Of a stretch of 64,000 nucleotides of DNA, positions 44,804 to 58,400 are shown in pieces (positions within the stretch are counted from its first letter, which is position 1; each line of letters begins with the position of its first letter). The position numbers and the translations under genes were made by a program. Source of the stretch: Balanoglossus misakiensis (lineage: Eukaryota; Animalia; Hemichordata); assembly GCA_040954595.2 (NCBI GenBank), contig CM082579.2, positions 8,235,625 through 8,299,624 of the forward strand, in the 5' to 3' direction. The notes under the pieces are model-generated. The model saw only the letters and a list, made by a program, of their open reading frames with translations. It searched no databases and had not been told where the DNA came from.

Positions 44804-47800
44804 GACGAGAGTGACAATCGCGCTTGTGCCGATCGCCGGGTCGAGCTCGAACGCACCGCTTTTGGGATCTGGCGACAGTTATTAAATGGCGATATTGTAT
44901 CTGGTATTTTAATATTTCATCGGTCGTAGTGTCTTTGATTGGCCCTAGCGTCTCAGGTGACTGATATCTGCCTGCAAGGTGGTGACCTCAGGACAATGCG
45001 AGGTGTCATCTTCAAACCGCTGGGGACGACACTGCCTGGTACATTTTTATTTATCATAACCGCGATAAATTATAACCATCAGCTACACGTGTTCATACTC
45101 GCATATTTGTGTGTTTGCGGATTCTGTCCATAATTACGTCATCATGAGAGGCTGCAGCTGTTCAGTTGAACCATCGTACCTGACCTGAGAAAAGAGACCG
45201 TCATAAGTTGCAAACCTTTGCAGGTGATGGTCCCGTACCTCTCCATTAATTAATCAAGTGTACACAGGACATTTTGCCTTGGGGAAACACACCTTAAACG
45301 TGAAATCAAATTGTCTTTTGATGTCAAATTATTGTCGCATGGAGGCGCTGTGACTGATAACAGAAAAGCAGTAATTCAATGTGGAGAAAGCTCCGACAGT
45401 AGATAATTATATCATCAGGGAATATCTATACCAACTATACCAACTCAAAATACACTTTGTTGCAAAATAGTCCCAATCAAGTCAGATACATGTATGTGTG
45501 GCAAGGGGAACGCTGGAATATTCAACTCTGCGAAACCCAAATGCGACTACTACACGGTCGTTTATTTTTAGAACATTTATAATAGTGCTTTGCGTTTGGG
45601 ACAAATTACGCACTTGTCTGCGAAATTAATGTCCCGTTTAAATCGATTATATACATGTCGCAAAGGAGGAAAATACAATATAGCTGATTACATTAGGTTG
45701 TAATACATTTCACGTGGTTCGATATTTTGCGAATTGTGAAAAGGCTGTCTGTGTGTCCACCTTTTGACATTTATTACAGACCGTTTTCTGTATTTCATCT
45801 GCCAAGTGCAACACCATCTAAATACACTGAAAATGCAATCAACACTAAACTGCGCAGAGTTTGAGCAAACTCACAGGAGTCAACCACAGGAATTTATAGT
45901 TCCCATGTTCGTTCTAGCGCTAAAAAAACCACCTAAATTATTCATCATGTTAACTCAATTAATGATGTAATTCGAATTGTCACAGATTACGTGGTGTTAA
46001 CGGTGCCTCTAACACAACCGGAGCACTGTTTACATGTACATGGCATGTATATTGTATAAAGGTGAAGCCTTTTTCCAAGAAAATTAGCCCAGTTATCGCA
46101 CTTCATTGGAACAAGGTGCTTGCAAGTCATGGTTCATGTATTTGTGACGCATTCCTATGGGTTCGAGACTTCAGGTGTGTCTGGTCGCGTTTTGCGCCGT
46201 TTATTCAAATCACATCGCTGCACTCATGTGTGCATCGGGCACAAGGACAGTTGTCAGTCGAGACATCATTTGATTACTGACGTTTTTTAATAGAAAACAT
46301 AAGCGGTCAGGGCATGGTCTCCTTGTTGCACCAAACATGCCAATTAACCGTAGGCATGTATTGGAATGACGCAAATAACGCGCGGGGCATATTAGTTTGG
46401 ATATAACGCAGAAAATTATGAATATCGAGATGTGCGCACGCAAATGTTTGACATGGCAGTGCACGTAATTTTATCTAGAACTCTTACGCACTCAGTGTTA
46501 TCAATACGGCGACAGTGCCTGTAGGATGCAAGGGGAAATAGAGTTTCTCAGACCATGTTGTTACAGCCGCATAATGAAACCCGAGGTCATTCGATAACAT
46601 CATATAGCTAGTGTTTTTTCTGCTATGCTGGCAACGTCAGATTGATGGTTGACAGATTTAAAGATATACGCGTGAAATTATCGCGTTGTTCAATTTACTC
46701 GCGTGCGTATCAACGTAACGTGGCTTTTTTCATTAAATCTCTGTGTTTTTTCTATCATCGCGCATGCTCGTTGGCGAGCCATCGTTAACGTTGCCGTTTG
46801 TTTTGCCAGTCAAACGTCCATGCAGTGCACTGCCAAGGGTAATTTCTTACTCATTCCACATGGACGAGAATTTAACAATCTCGATCAACGCGAGAAATTG
46901 GGTCTTGACAAGTTTAAGTGGATTTAATGAAACACTCGGATCATACCTTTTACCCGTCGACCAGAATGCAAAATAGACGTATTAATATCCAAGCCGTCGA
47001 GACTGCAGAATTTATCAGCATTCCAGTCGTGCATGACAATTTGATAACTTACTCGTGACAACGCATAATCGTACGAATGTTATACAAGCGACCCAGCTTA
47101 GCGACTGCAAACACGACGACACATCAAAAAGAGTGAGCGATTTCATGTTTTTGTGTGTGTGCGTCATTATGTATACAGGTTGATCAAAGTGTGACCGCGG
47201 AATAAAAAAACTTTAATCTTAGCACTTTACAGGCATGCCGTTGAGACTCGTCACAGCTAAATGTTATTGTGTTGCTTGCTTTCAAATATTGATTCACGGA
47301 AAACAGACGTGAAATATATAGCTCTATGAACGTTGTTCAAATAATTCCGCCTTCTTGAAACCTAAAGTAAGATGTCCGCCGTACGCCGGAATGTAGTGGC
47401 AGGGACCGATTTGTTTTTGGTGGGTGGGATAGTGAGAATCGTAGAGCGGAGTGCCAGTACAAAGGGCCGTGCAGATTCAATTAATGCACTCAATGCCGTC
47501 ACTTTTTGTTCGTGATCTTGTGGCGCCAACTCTCTGCGCGAGGATGCGCTAACATCTCAGAACTCTCGGCTAGTCAGGTTACCATCTTCACTTCAGCCGC
47601 GATTCTTCCAAATTAAATTACCAATTTCCTCACTGTCTCACGCCCTGTGATATTGCGCGACCTCAAACCGAATGTTCGTGTCTCGGCAAATTGTAAGGAA
47701 GATGTCTTCACATTGGGTTTACATGTACATGTACATGTACATACACATTCAAAGCGAATTTAGATCGCAAGCGGCCCGGATGTTGCAACAAACGCACAGC

Positions 47801-48683
47801 GAAAATCGAACTCAACGACGTTTCAACCAGGGAACCGCCGGAAAAAAAACGAGGAGACTTTTCCTCTGGAGCTATTCTCCTATCAAAAGCAAACAGTCCC
47901 TCCAGATATGCAGACTTTATCGATTACCTGCCCCAGGTCTGTTCGCTTAGTGGAACGTGTTCAGACGAAACAAGAACAATATCGATTTAAGTCTTGGAAA
48001 TCGGAATCGAGAACGCAACACAAGAATCCTCTGAATGAAAGCAAGAAAATTATCAACAAACCGAAAAGAATCAGCTCTCAGTAATAGTTTGCTTTCGTAA
48101 TATAGGCCAACAGCCTGCTGATACACATACAAGTGCCATCAGTATATTTTCTGGGGTAAAAGGTAACCGCTACAACGGTTACACCAATAAGCAAAAGTCA
48201 CCAATAAATTTAAGGAGAACAAGAAAAACTATACAATTCGAAATATTGCTGCGAGAGATTGTTGTTTGTGACATTCAAATTAGACAACTCGCCAGATCGA
48301 CTACCTTTTTGTTCTTAATCATTGTCAAGGCACATCCATAATTTATTTCCTCCAATTAGCCAGTTAATCTTATAAGTAGGTTAGAGGAACCTGTGTCCTG
48401 GATTATGGAAAGATTTACATGGAAGTCACGTCAGCACATCAAATGAAGTTCAAGGTGATTTACAGCCTTTTAGTACAGGATTAAAAATGTAATGTTACCA
48501 GCGGATGTAAACTGTGTTTCTTCCTCAAAGTTTCACTCCAAATAAATCTCCAGGTTGTTTGATGAGTGGTCAATGCAAAATTAAAGATGCACTCCTTGGA
48601 GTTGGGTTGGATGCTGACGTACACTTAATAGACACGTAGGGAATATGAACAATCATCTGTTATTTACGCATGCCACTGTATAC

Positions 48684-49470
48684 TGTTATGTAGGTTAGGT
48701 TTGCTGTTGTTTTGTGACCAGGTGTGTTTTCGCTTACTTTCGCAATTTGAATATTTGCGTGACCAGGTGTGGTGCATTCATTATTTTCCCCATATAAAAA
48801 GCCCGCACGTTGTGTTGCGGCGTAGCTACTAATTTGGACTTGCCCGTGTGAGCTGTTCTGTTCCTCGCAGGCTTGGAAGCTGTACCGTATTTCATGCTGC
48901 ACTGGTCTGGAAACCGCGCCTAGAAGCCGTGTTGTTTCATGCTGCCCTGGTCTGGAAACCGCGCCTAGAAGCCGTGTTGTTTCATGCTGCCCTGGTCTGG
49001 AAACCGCGCCTAGAAGCCGTGTTGTTTCATGCTGCCCTGGTCTGGAAACCGCGCCCAGAAGCCGTGCTACCATGAGGAATTCGTCTGAAAGCCGTGCCGT
49101 CGACCGGGGAATTGTGCCAGAACGCTATACTCGGACTGAACGTCACTGTTGGGACTGCCGTGGTGCTGGTCGCGTTCGTCGTGCGCTACGAAGCTTGGAC
49201 TTTAGTCTTTCATTTCCCACACCTGGTCACATTTAAGGTAGCCACTTATTTTTTGTGCGTTTTTTTCAGTGTATAACCATTTTATATTTACCCACGTTTA
49301 TTTGTAATAATTAAAAAGTTTCCATAAGCAAGGAAATAACGTGTGGTGTGCCTATTGTTGACCGTCTTTGTTGCGTGCTGCGCTGGTTGGTTCACCAAAG
49401 CGAGCCATTCAGTAAGTCTATTTCTGCTCACTGCCCTGTTTCGGAGCTGAACGGCCAGCGTGCCGTAACA
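48684..49470 (+). mobile_element. Solo LTR (787 bp), probably Ty3/Gypsy type
   Basis: Starts TGTTATG and ends CGTAACA (TG...CA, inverted 7-mer with one mismatch). 4-bp TSD ATAC at 48680-48683 and 49471-49474. Internal TATAAAA near 48793 and ATTAAA near 49310. Confidence 0.75.
48890..49066. repeat. 45-bp minisatellite, ~4 copies, inside the solo LTR
   Basis: Unit TTTCATGCTGCCCTGGTCTGGAAACCGCGCCTAGAAGCCGTGTTG in head-to-tail tandem, no spacers. Confidence 0.92.
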
Positions 49471-52400
49471 ATACAGTTAAAGAAGTCTTGTAGTGACCAT
49501 GTGGTGGCGCACCTCTTTTTCCGTGGCCACCCAATGTAATTTTGTGATTGGCTACATTCCAAGTTTGCATAGGCGACCGCATATTATTAAGCGGCACGAT
49601 TCATTTAAACCGAATTTGATGGACAGGATAATCGTTGTACCATCTGAACCCAACCTTTGCAAGATGGACTGGGGTCAAGACGGTAACAGTATAATTTTCA
49701 TATAAAAGTTAATTTAATTCGAAAAGGAATACTTTATTTCGTCTGGTATCATTTGCAGATTGCTTCCAGCCGACCTGGTCATAACCTTTAATAATACTTA
49801 CCTAATCTGAAGGACAAGCGATGATATCAATTTCAAAATTCACATTTTTGGTTTCCTTTTCGTAAGTGTATTTATAACTCCAACGGTCCATTATTTTAAT
49901 AAACCATTATGCAATTGCTGAGTTTTATTTACATGTATTTTTTGGAAAAGTAAGCCTGTGATGACGTAATCTGTCTAGTCGACCAAGTTATTTCAAGTTG
50001 GCTAATGAAAGATCATGTATTGTCCTACAGGAGACGAGGCAGAGGACGACGCACACATGGACGTATATTTTACCTATGTGTGCAGATGAAAGTGTCTGCA
50101 GCTGTAGATGTGTGTTTTCTAGCAATTCTTCATGTAATCCCAAGGGAAGAGAGAGTTTCACCACTCTCATAGTGTGTGAACACCTCTAACTTATTTACCT
50201 GATTGTATACCCTTCCACTCTAAGTGCATTTTCGGAGTTAGTATATCACTGCATTTACCTATTTAATCTGTGCCGCAATTTCTGTGGGATGATCTCTCCT
50301 GAGTAACTTGAGCCTTAATTAGTGGAATTCAGCTCAGCCAAATTGCATCAAATGTTTTCAGCCCCTTGCAGTTCTTCAGTCGGTGATAAAATTTCCCCGT
50401 AATTTGAAAACGTCCTGGTTATCAGAATTACGCAAGGCGATGGACATTATCCACTATGATGAAACGCGCTAATTTCGCCGCTGTGTGTTCAAAGGTAACA
50501 GGCGCGTGTTTACTTGAGCCATAAATCTCGACTCACTACACTAAAATGTAGTGAATTTAATGTATTGATAAGCGAACATTTACACATCCTTCCTGTCAAC
50601 ACTGCTGATAGCACACCACTGCGTCATTACCCTCTTTTTAAAGGTTCGTTTGGTGAACTCATTATACGTTTTTTTTTTCAATCATCCCTTTGTTTTCGTC
50701 TAAGAAAAACAACATCTCCCCACTTCTCGTGCGATATCACGTTCAATATCTCTAAATTAGCGATACACCTCAGTTTACATTTTGTACGTTGAGTTTGATT
50801 GCTTGTTATTGTCGCCTTAGCGTCTCCTATCAAATCCACGTTCGCTTCCACTAGAGAAACACCGTATAGATATTACCTGTCCGCTGGGGGTAAACAACGT
50901 TTTCCATCTGTGTGCGGGTTTGTGCCCCGGGGAATTTTCTCAATGAATTATTGAAGCAAACGAAACAAAGATGATATCTCTGAGCTACAAGCAACCGAGA
51001 CCGGATATAACAAAATATTTACCTATCCCTACTGTCCCAGGTGGAAAGCTCCACCTTTGTCGGCAGTTGAAATGTAAATAACAAAATGTAAATTTAACTC
51101 GGGTGAGATTGATAGGGTTTTTGGCGTAAATGCATGCATGCTCACACGGCAGTTATGTGTTGGCCATGTAGGTAGCTCCATGTGTTGGCGTGAACACGTG
51201 ACCCAATCCAACGTTACACTGTGAACGCACCAGCCAAGATACTTTTTTCTACTATCCTTCCATATGTGTTCTCAATAAAAAAATGTGTTTCTCACATCTT
51301 GTTAAAAGACACCACATAGCAAACTTGAAATACTAAGGAAATAATGGGGCTGAGATCACAGGGAACATTGTTGTTGTTTGTTTGTTTTAATAAGATTTAG
51401 TAAGTATATTCTTGACGAGATACTAAAAGGCACGAACATCAAGGACGAAAAGTACAGTGCATTCCAACATAACCTCTCAGAGCATTACAGTAAAATTTAA
51501 CCCGCTGTGATCGACGAGAATGTCTCTCCCCATAAATAAACAAACGACCGACTATAAGGGATGGAGTGAAACTCACTGTTCATTTATTGCACGAATTGCG
51601 AAGTAAGTACATGGAGATAAATGGAAGAAAACAGATGATGAGGCTGTGATACCCATTTGAGATTTCTTTGTCGCTTCGAATAAGCCCAATGCAATTGTCT
51701 ATGTCGTGGACATAACCTTTTAAAGGAACATTAGTAGCCTCATATAGATGGTCCGTGTCAATGGGTGGTAAATGCACACTGATGAAGATTTATATTTCTG
51801 GTTTGTACGTTCTGCAGTTTTATTTTCGAAACGTTGTTCCGTTTTAGATAAAACGCTGTGCGATAAAAGTTCACAGTACAATGCAGATCGAAAGCGTGTT
51901 AATTATCATGTGACTGACACGTGTGTGTGCACCATCTGATAGTAAGTGAGTGCACCTTTTTATAACCGGCCACGTACACCCATCGACGACTAAATAACGC
52001 ATATAGAACACAAGTAATCCTAGTTTATGACGCGAAGCTTCCCTGAAACTTGAAGACATTCGTGAAATGGCTACGAATCGATTTTGTTGAATCTATTGGA
52101 GAGAATGTAGAATATAACCTCAAAGCCAGTCAAATGTTATGTCACCCCGTGGGAAAAAATAGCGAGCTTCTTAAAATTAAAATAAGTGGTATACGAGATA
52201 CTCTTGTTTCCCCTGGTTGTGAATAAGAAGTGATAGACAATAACTGCGAGGCAGTAAATGTTCGTGGATGCTTCAGCGAACCCATCAGGCGGTTCAGCTG
52301 TCTTCCTAAATACCATATACAAGGTATTTTAAAGTAAATGCGTTTTGGGGAATATGCAATTTGAGTTAACTTGCTGAATGTACATGTACATGTAAAGACT

Positions 52401-55400
52401 TCCCATCTACACTAGCCACATGACTGTGGCGTACATTGTACATACGCGACAATGCATACTCTTCTGTTCTATATAATTAGGTGTTAATTCCTCAGCCGAT
52501 GTCAAATCACAGTGGTGAACGTTTCTTGGGAGCGTAATCAGAAAAAAGTCTATTACGTAAACTTAACACGAACGCGGGTGATATCCAGCAATGCCATACT
52601 AAAATTTAAGTATTCGAATATATGCAGAAAACGTATTTAGCAAGACGTTAGATAAATTGAACTTAGAAGTGATTACAGATAGGGCAAAGATACTGAGATG
52701 AGAGTGTACATTTATTGGGTGTAAGTTAACAACCCGCCTTCTTAGGAGATAGCCTGCATTAATTTACGACAGCGTTCATTATCCGCTGTTGTTGCCATAT
52801 ATATTGACGGGATTCTTTCCAAATGATGGGTCCTTCTGAACGACCTACAGCAACGTTCCATTGCTAATTCGGCAATCTCACAAGTTACCAATGATAGATA
52901 TGTAGCAGTGTGTGTGCAATGTATATATTTTATTTATATCTGTGGGCGTCTTGCTTTTCAAGTTAATAAACCAATTTCTTTTATTGTATCTATCGCTCGT
53001 TTCCAGGTAATAAAATTATGACATTGTCGGATCAAATGTAAATCATATGATGGCCTGTAGCAGAGTTGTAAAAACAAGGTCCAATTGCATGCCAAACTGA
53101 AAGTTTGAAGTCGTAACTACCGATCCGTGAAATTTGTCTGCGTGTTGTTTCACATCTAATAAACGCAAACCAATGATTCGTTGATATACGTTCGTGCGCA
53201 CGCCGCATAACATAACTAATAATCATAAAGATTTAGTTTGTCAAGCCAGCCTTGTTGTAGTTATGCCTGAAGCGATTAGAGTTGAGTGTGTGTTGCGTTA
53301 GTATATTGTATGAGACGTTCTGTTCACTGTTCACCATAATGGCGGCCACTTGCTTAACTGTATTTGCGAACTTTCTTGCTCCAGGCTCTATAGTCGAATG
53401 GACCAGAATGTAGACTGATATAAGACTGAAACCGACAAAATCCGCCTATACATACAAACACCAACTTGTTCTGCAGTAACTTTGTATTGCGCCATGCTTT
53501 TTGGTGGGCATAATATAGAGTCATTCCACTTACAGAGGTAATACTCAGCGTTCCAGACACGGAAATAGATGTAACACAGTCACGTATATGTTTTTCGAGA
53601 AACACAAATTAAATCGATATTTTGTGACCGCTATGGGATGTTTTCATTGCATCCATTAAGTATGAAACTTTATATCTGCCAGTACCCCCGTCGACAATTT
53701 AATTAAATCAAATATGTGTATAATGCGTACATAATTTAGAGCACGTGGTTCGCAGCACAGGACAATATATCTACAACGTGAAATTGCTACCGGGTGACTG
53801 TTACAAAATTCTTTTAAATGCGGTGTGGTGTTCGGAGAAGGGGTATATGTTGTAATCACGTTTGCAGATGTAGAACATCACGTCAAATTTTGTTCGATCG
53901 CGAATACTGGATAAAGGGGTTCAAATGATATTTCATACGAAACGCTCAATGAGGTGTATCGGATGGGTTTCAATAAACCCAAGTCGACAATGTCGTAACA
54001 TCCATATATTCCCCGAATACACGTATCTAGTGAAATTTGACCGATTCTCCCCCAAGGCAGCCGAGGCCAGACACTGCATTGTGCATATATTTTATCTCTC
54101 TCAGAGAGAAGAATTCGACTTTTATCTCAGAATTTGCGAACAATTTGCAACACAGTTAGACTCGCGGAGTGTCTTCTTTCCGTGCCGCTGGTCTTCACAC
54201 GCAACTTCGCATTTCGCTCCGCTGTCGTTCTATGCGGTGCGTATTGTTGCGTTCTAATGAAATAGTCGCACGCCTGCTGCTTTCACTTAATTTTTTTCCT
54301 TTCAAATATCGCGGATATAATAAGCAGGTCGTCGATGAAAAAAGGAGAAAATAAAAGTGGAGAACGTTTTCCAGAGGGTTGATGAAGAATCGCTGTGGTT
54401 AGTATGAGGCAGGGTATCCGCTGTTCTTTTATGCACGGCGAAAAGGCTCACAAAACACGGAAACGTATTGCTTGTAACTTGAAAATACGCTCCGGCATCA
54501 GATTAGGTTTTTATTCCCAGAGTGCTCACCTAGGGGATGTAATGAGTCTTCAAACTGTGGGATAAGAGGAGTGATTTTCATTGCAATCAGGCGATGTCAG
54601 TAATAAGAGATTCTTTACTAGCACAGTTGGCAGCTAACGACTGCCATTTCGACACGACGCTAATTACATCTGACGAGGGGCGATATGAAGCGCGGAAACT
54701 GTCCCCGGACTTGCGTCAATGTAAAAATCGTCCACGAAAATTGTAGTGGTTGAACGGGAATCTATTGAGGCATATGTATAAAAATCACTCTCTTATTGCA
54801 CAACGCACGCTCCTATAAGTTAACGTTCCTGTTTAGTTATGCCTGGATATCTTCGACTCTTAAAACACGAAATGGTCCATACCGCAGATAGGTGGAGACA
54901 ATATATAAACTATTCATACCACGCGGAAGATAAAACGAAGATTCATCGTGCTATCCACAAAATGAGATAATCGAAAATAGGATCTGTTTAATAAAAAAAT
55001 CTCCCAGTCCAGTCTGCGAAATAGAGACATTGGCGTAAGATTTACTAATTCGATGCCACAGTTTTGACGATCGTTGACGAATTTCATAATGAAGTCGGTG
55101 GGCGTGTTAGAAAGAAGCGGCTACACACCAGGTTACACAGGCGTATCGCCTTCAGAAGGCAGCGCTGATTGGTGGGGGTGTTTGGCAGTTCTGCAAGCCG
55201 AGATTGACGTGTGCAGTCAAGATACTTTGTGTTACCTGTGTCGTGATAAATTGCAGAGCGCGAGGGCACTCCGTCCGGTGACTGTGTGTGTGTGTGCGGG
55301 CAAGACGAACCATCGATCGCCAGCGCTGAAATAATCGCCTGCCCCGTCGCAACGGCTACGCCACGCGGTATATAGAAGCAGAGGCATCATGCGTTCTCGT

Positions 55401-58400
55401 TTATCGTGTCTCGCGATCTTCCTATGGTTGCTGTCTTTGCAAGTAGCTGGCGTCAATTCGTATGGGTGAGTAGTACATAATCGCAACAACCAATCGGTCC
55501 CAATCTGTGCGATCATCTTTCCCCACTTCGTCTCGAAGAGGCTTATAGGGGATATCGGTGACATGCACAGTGTTGGGATTGATTGCCAGAGAGTGGCATC
55601 TCACGCTCTTTAGTCAACGCTTCGCATCAGTAATTATTTAGAAATGGTATCGAGCGACCGAGTATCACGGCGGCAAATTGATGACCGCAGGCAAACGTAT
55701 ACAGATGTGCGTTTTCCAATTCCACCCTTCGCGTTCATTTAAGCTGCAAACATATTGCCTCGAAAGACCAGTAACATGTCACGTCTATTATGTTTTGGCC
55801 ATAGGTAAGAACGTACGTACGTTTAAGAAAATCTAAGGTAGACCAGGATTTTAAGAAAGTAATTACATGTATGCCTTGATGGTTGAAGCTGCTACCAGTA
55901 CATTGTAACTCCAATTAACTCCTGCCTTGGAATTTAAAAAAATAATAATTATTATTGTGTTGTTAAAGCTCCTACCAGTAACTCCAACGTTTGGCCATTT
56001 TACCAGTATAGAAGAATGGATACGACTTGGTGTTCATCTCTACTGAAAATCTTGTATATCTTAATGAAAATCATTGAACACCAATTTCATTTGTCGAATT
56101 ATCGATTGCGTTATGTTTCTTGGAAGGTACATTGAATGTACTCTGGTACCCGTGGATAAATTAGAGTGACGTGTCAGTGAAATCAAGAAAGTAAATGGCA
56201 GATTGGATTGGGGGACAATATTGATCTGCTGTCATTCAACAATGACGGGCGCAGGGCATTGAAGTAGCTGTAATGCATGAAGGCATTTTAATAAATAAAA
56301 CACAGTTTTCGGCATTCTGTCATGCCGTGATTCATATTCTAATAATTGCACATTCCGTCACTGTTACTTCTGCCTGTATACAGATTAGAAGGATGTAGAG
56401 TGAATTAACATGAGAGAGAGGGGCGGGGGGGGGGGGGTAGGAGTAGAGAATAAGGGATGAAACTTGCCACAGACGAAAATCTCTAAGAAGCCATTTCATA
56501 AATCAGATCACGTCAATGAATAATGTTTTTTCATCGAGTATGAACGTACAATTTGAACCAATGTAATGTGCGTTCGTTATGCTATCCTGGCAACGCAAAA
56601 ATTCGGACGACGCTGTCGGGGAAACGTGTTATTCCAACAAGGCTGCGGGCATAACAGCTGTCCGTTGCCACGTGAATCGGTAAAAGATTAATGATACCGT
56701 GACATCATAACAAGTCCACTCTCACTTTGCCTTCTCATGGAAGCTTAGATTAGTGCATTGTAGTACATTGTAAATGACAACACTTGAAGTTGTTAACAGA
56801 GGTTGTCACTGGGGATAAAAGGTCATTGTTGATGACATTTATGTATTTATCATTATATGCAATGCATGAAGTCTTTTATCTTTCAATCAGTTACAATGAA
56901 CTCAGTATTTTAAGTATCCTAGTTCTATAATACATGTACATGTAATTCCCTTGGTTCATCTTCGACCGTTGAGGTCATGAAGACGAACCCCACTCGGAAA
57001 TCACCCCTTCTTGGCATTAAACATGTCATTTATGAGTACATTGTAATTCTACTCTGTCATTTCCTTTTTATTCTTCTAGACTAGTGCAATCAACCGTACC
57101 CGTATAAATGATAATGGAAATCACATTTAGGTGGTTTTGTAATCAACTGATAATTTATTGCTAAAGTTCGAACTCATAGAAGAGTCACGGGCATTATTTT
57201 TCCTTCAATGACTGGGCGGTAGCACTTTTGATTTTGTGATGTATATCCCTATAGCCGCTCGAGTTTGTGATCGACAGTGTGAGATCGAGTAGATTTCATA
57301 CCTTCTCCTGTTCAGAACCGTTATATGACAAGAGAACTGATTGGATAATTAACAACCTTTGACTAATACCTCGTCCGAAATGTTATCCAATGACACGACG
57401 TGTCTTACGTGGACAAGCCAACAGTCAATTTTGTAATCATTCACATGTTTGTAGTGCGAACTTAACACACTTTGTGCAGGGCACGTGAGAAAAATAATCT
57501 CAAACCCCAAGGACATTGGATTAAGGATTTCCCGCACGAGTTGGGAATATTTCGTCTCACGCGGTTGTGAGTCAAAATCGAAATCTTATCCTTGGAGTTT
57601 GACATTATGATTGTTGTTCGTGTCACGTAGCAGGAGTTTTGAGTCAGACGACCTTCGGCATTATATCCGACGGGAGCGCGAGCACACGGTTTAGCCACGA
57701 ACGGTTGGCATCAAGTATTCACGGCACTGTCCGTGATCCAACGCAGTCGCTCTTCTCAAACATTCTAGACAAACCACTTGACAATCACCCTGAAAAACCA
57801 ATTAGCGATAGGAATCAAACGCAAGTTGCGTCGAGAGATAGCCTTTTATCTGATGTCCCGGATTTTGTAAAACGATTTAGGTGTCTGTAATTAAATCATT
57901 AGCCGGTGCTTCCGCAGTCAGTGACAGTCACGGCCCGCTGCGTTTGAAGGTTTCGCGCGATTGCGTCTAATTTGCACGCCCCCTTCCTCCGCATCAATAA
58001 GTCATAACGGAAGAGAGACGTTCCTCGTTGCTATTCCTAACAATAGTGTCCAAATCCAGACTTAGCTTCCCTGGTTACTGGCGTCCCTAACATCTGCTGA
58101 AATGACGGCCCTGTCGGCTGCTTGATTTACTGTACAAATCTCTCTTACCGGTGAAATGCCTACGGTGTAATTGCAAGCATCTGCATGAACGGGAACACAC
58201 GTCAATTTTTAGGCCCTGATTTGCGATGGAGGGGATGTTATGAAATTCAGATCAATGGAACCTTTGGCAAGACTGGGCATATGCATTTCCTTAGCAAAGG
58301 ATTATGCATGTCTTTTATCAAGACCCGGTTGTACTAATGGATATAAGGTATTCATTGAATGCACCATCTAGTTAAATTAGGAGGAAAGAGTAACTTTATC

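Noticed and set aside
47578-47640. Minus-strand AAGATG|GTAACC resembling an ATG-only first exon
   Set aside because: No compatible downstream coding exons could be identified.
48660-49075. Repeat-containing ORFs and possible CRISPR-like array
   Set aside because: Head-to-tail 45-bp minisatellite without unique spacers, inside an LTR in eukaryotic DNA; no cas genes.
55881-55987. Short imperfect direct repeat (GTT.AAGCT.CTACCAGTA..ACTCCAA)
   Set aside because: Only two copies; consistent with a trivial local duplication.
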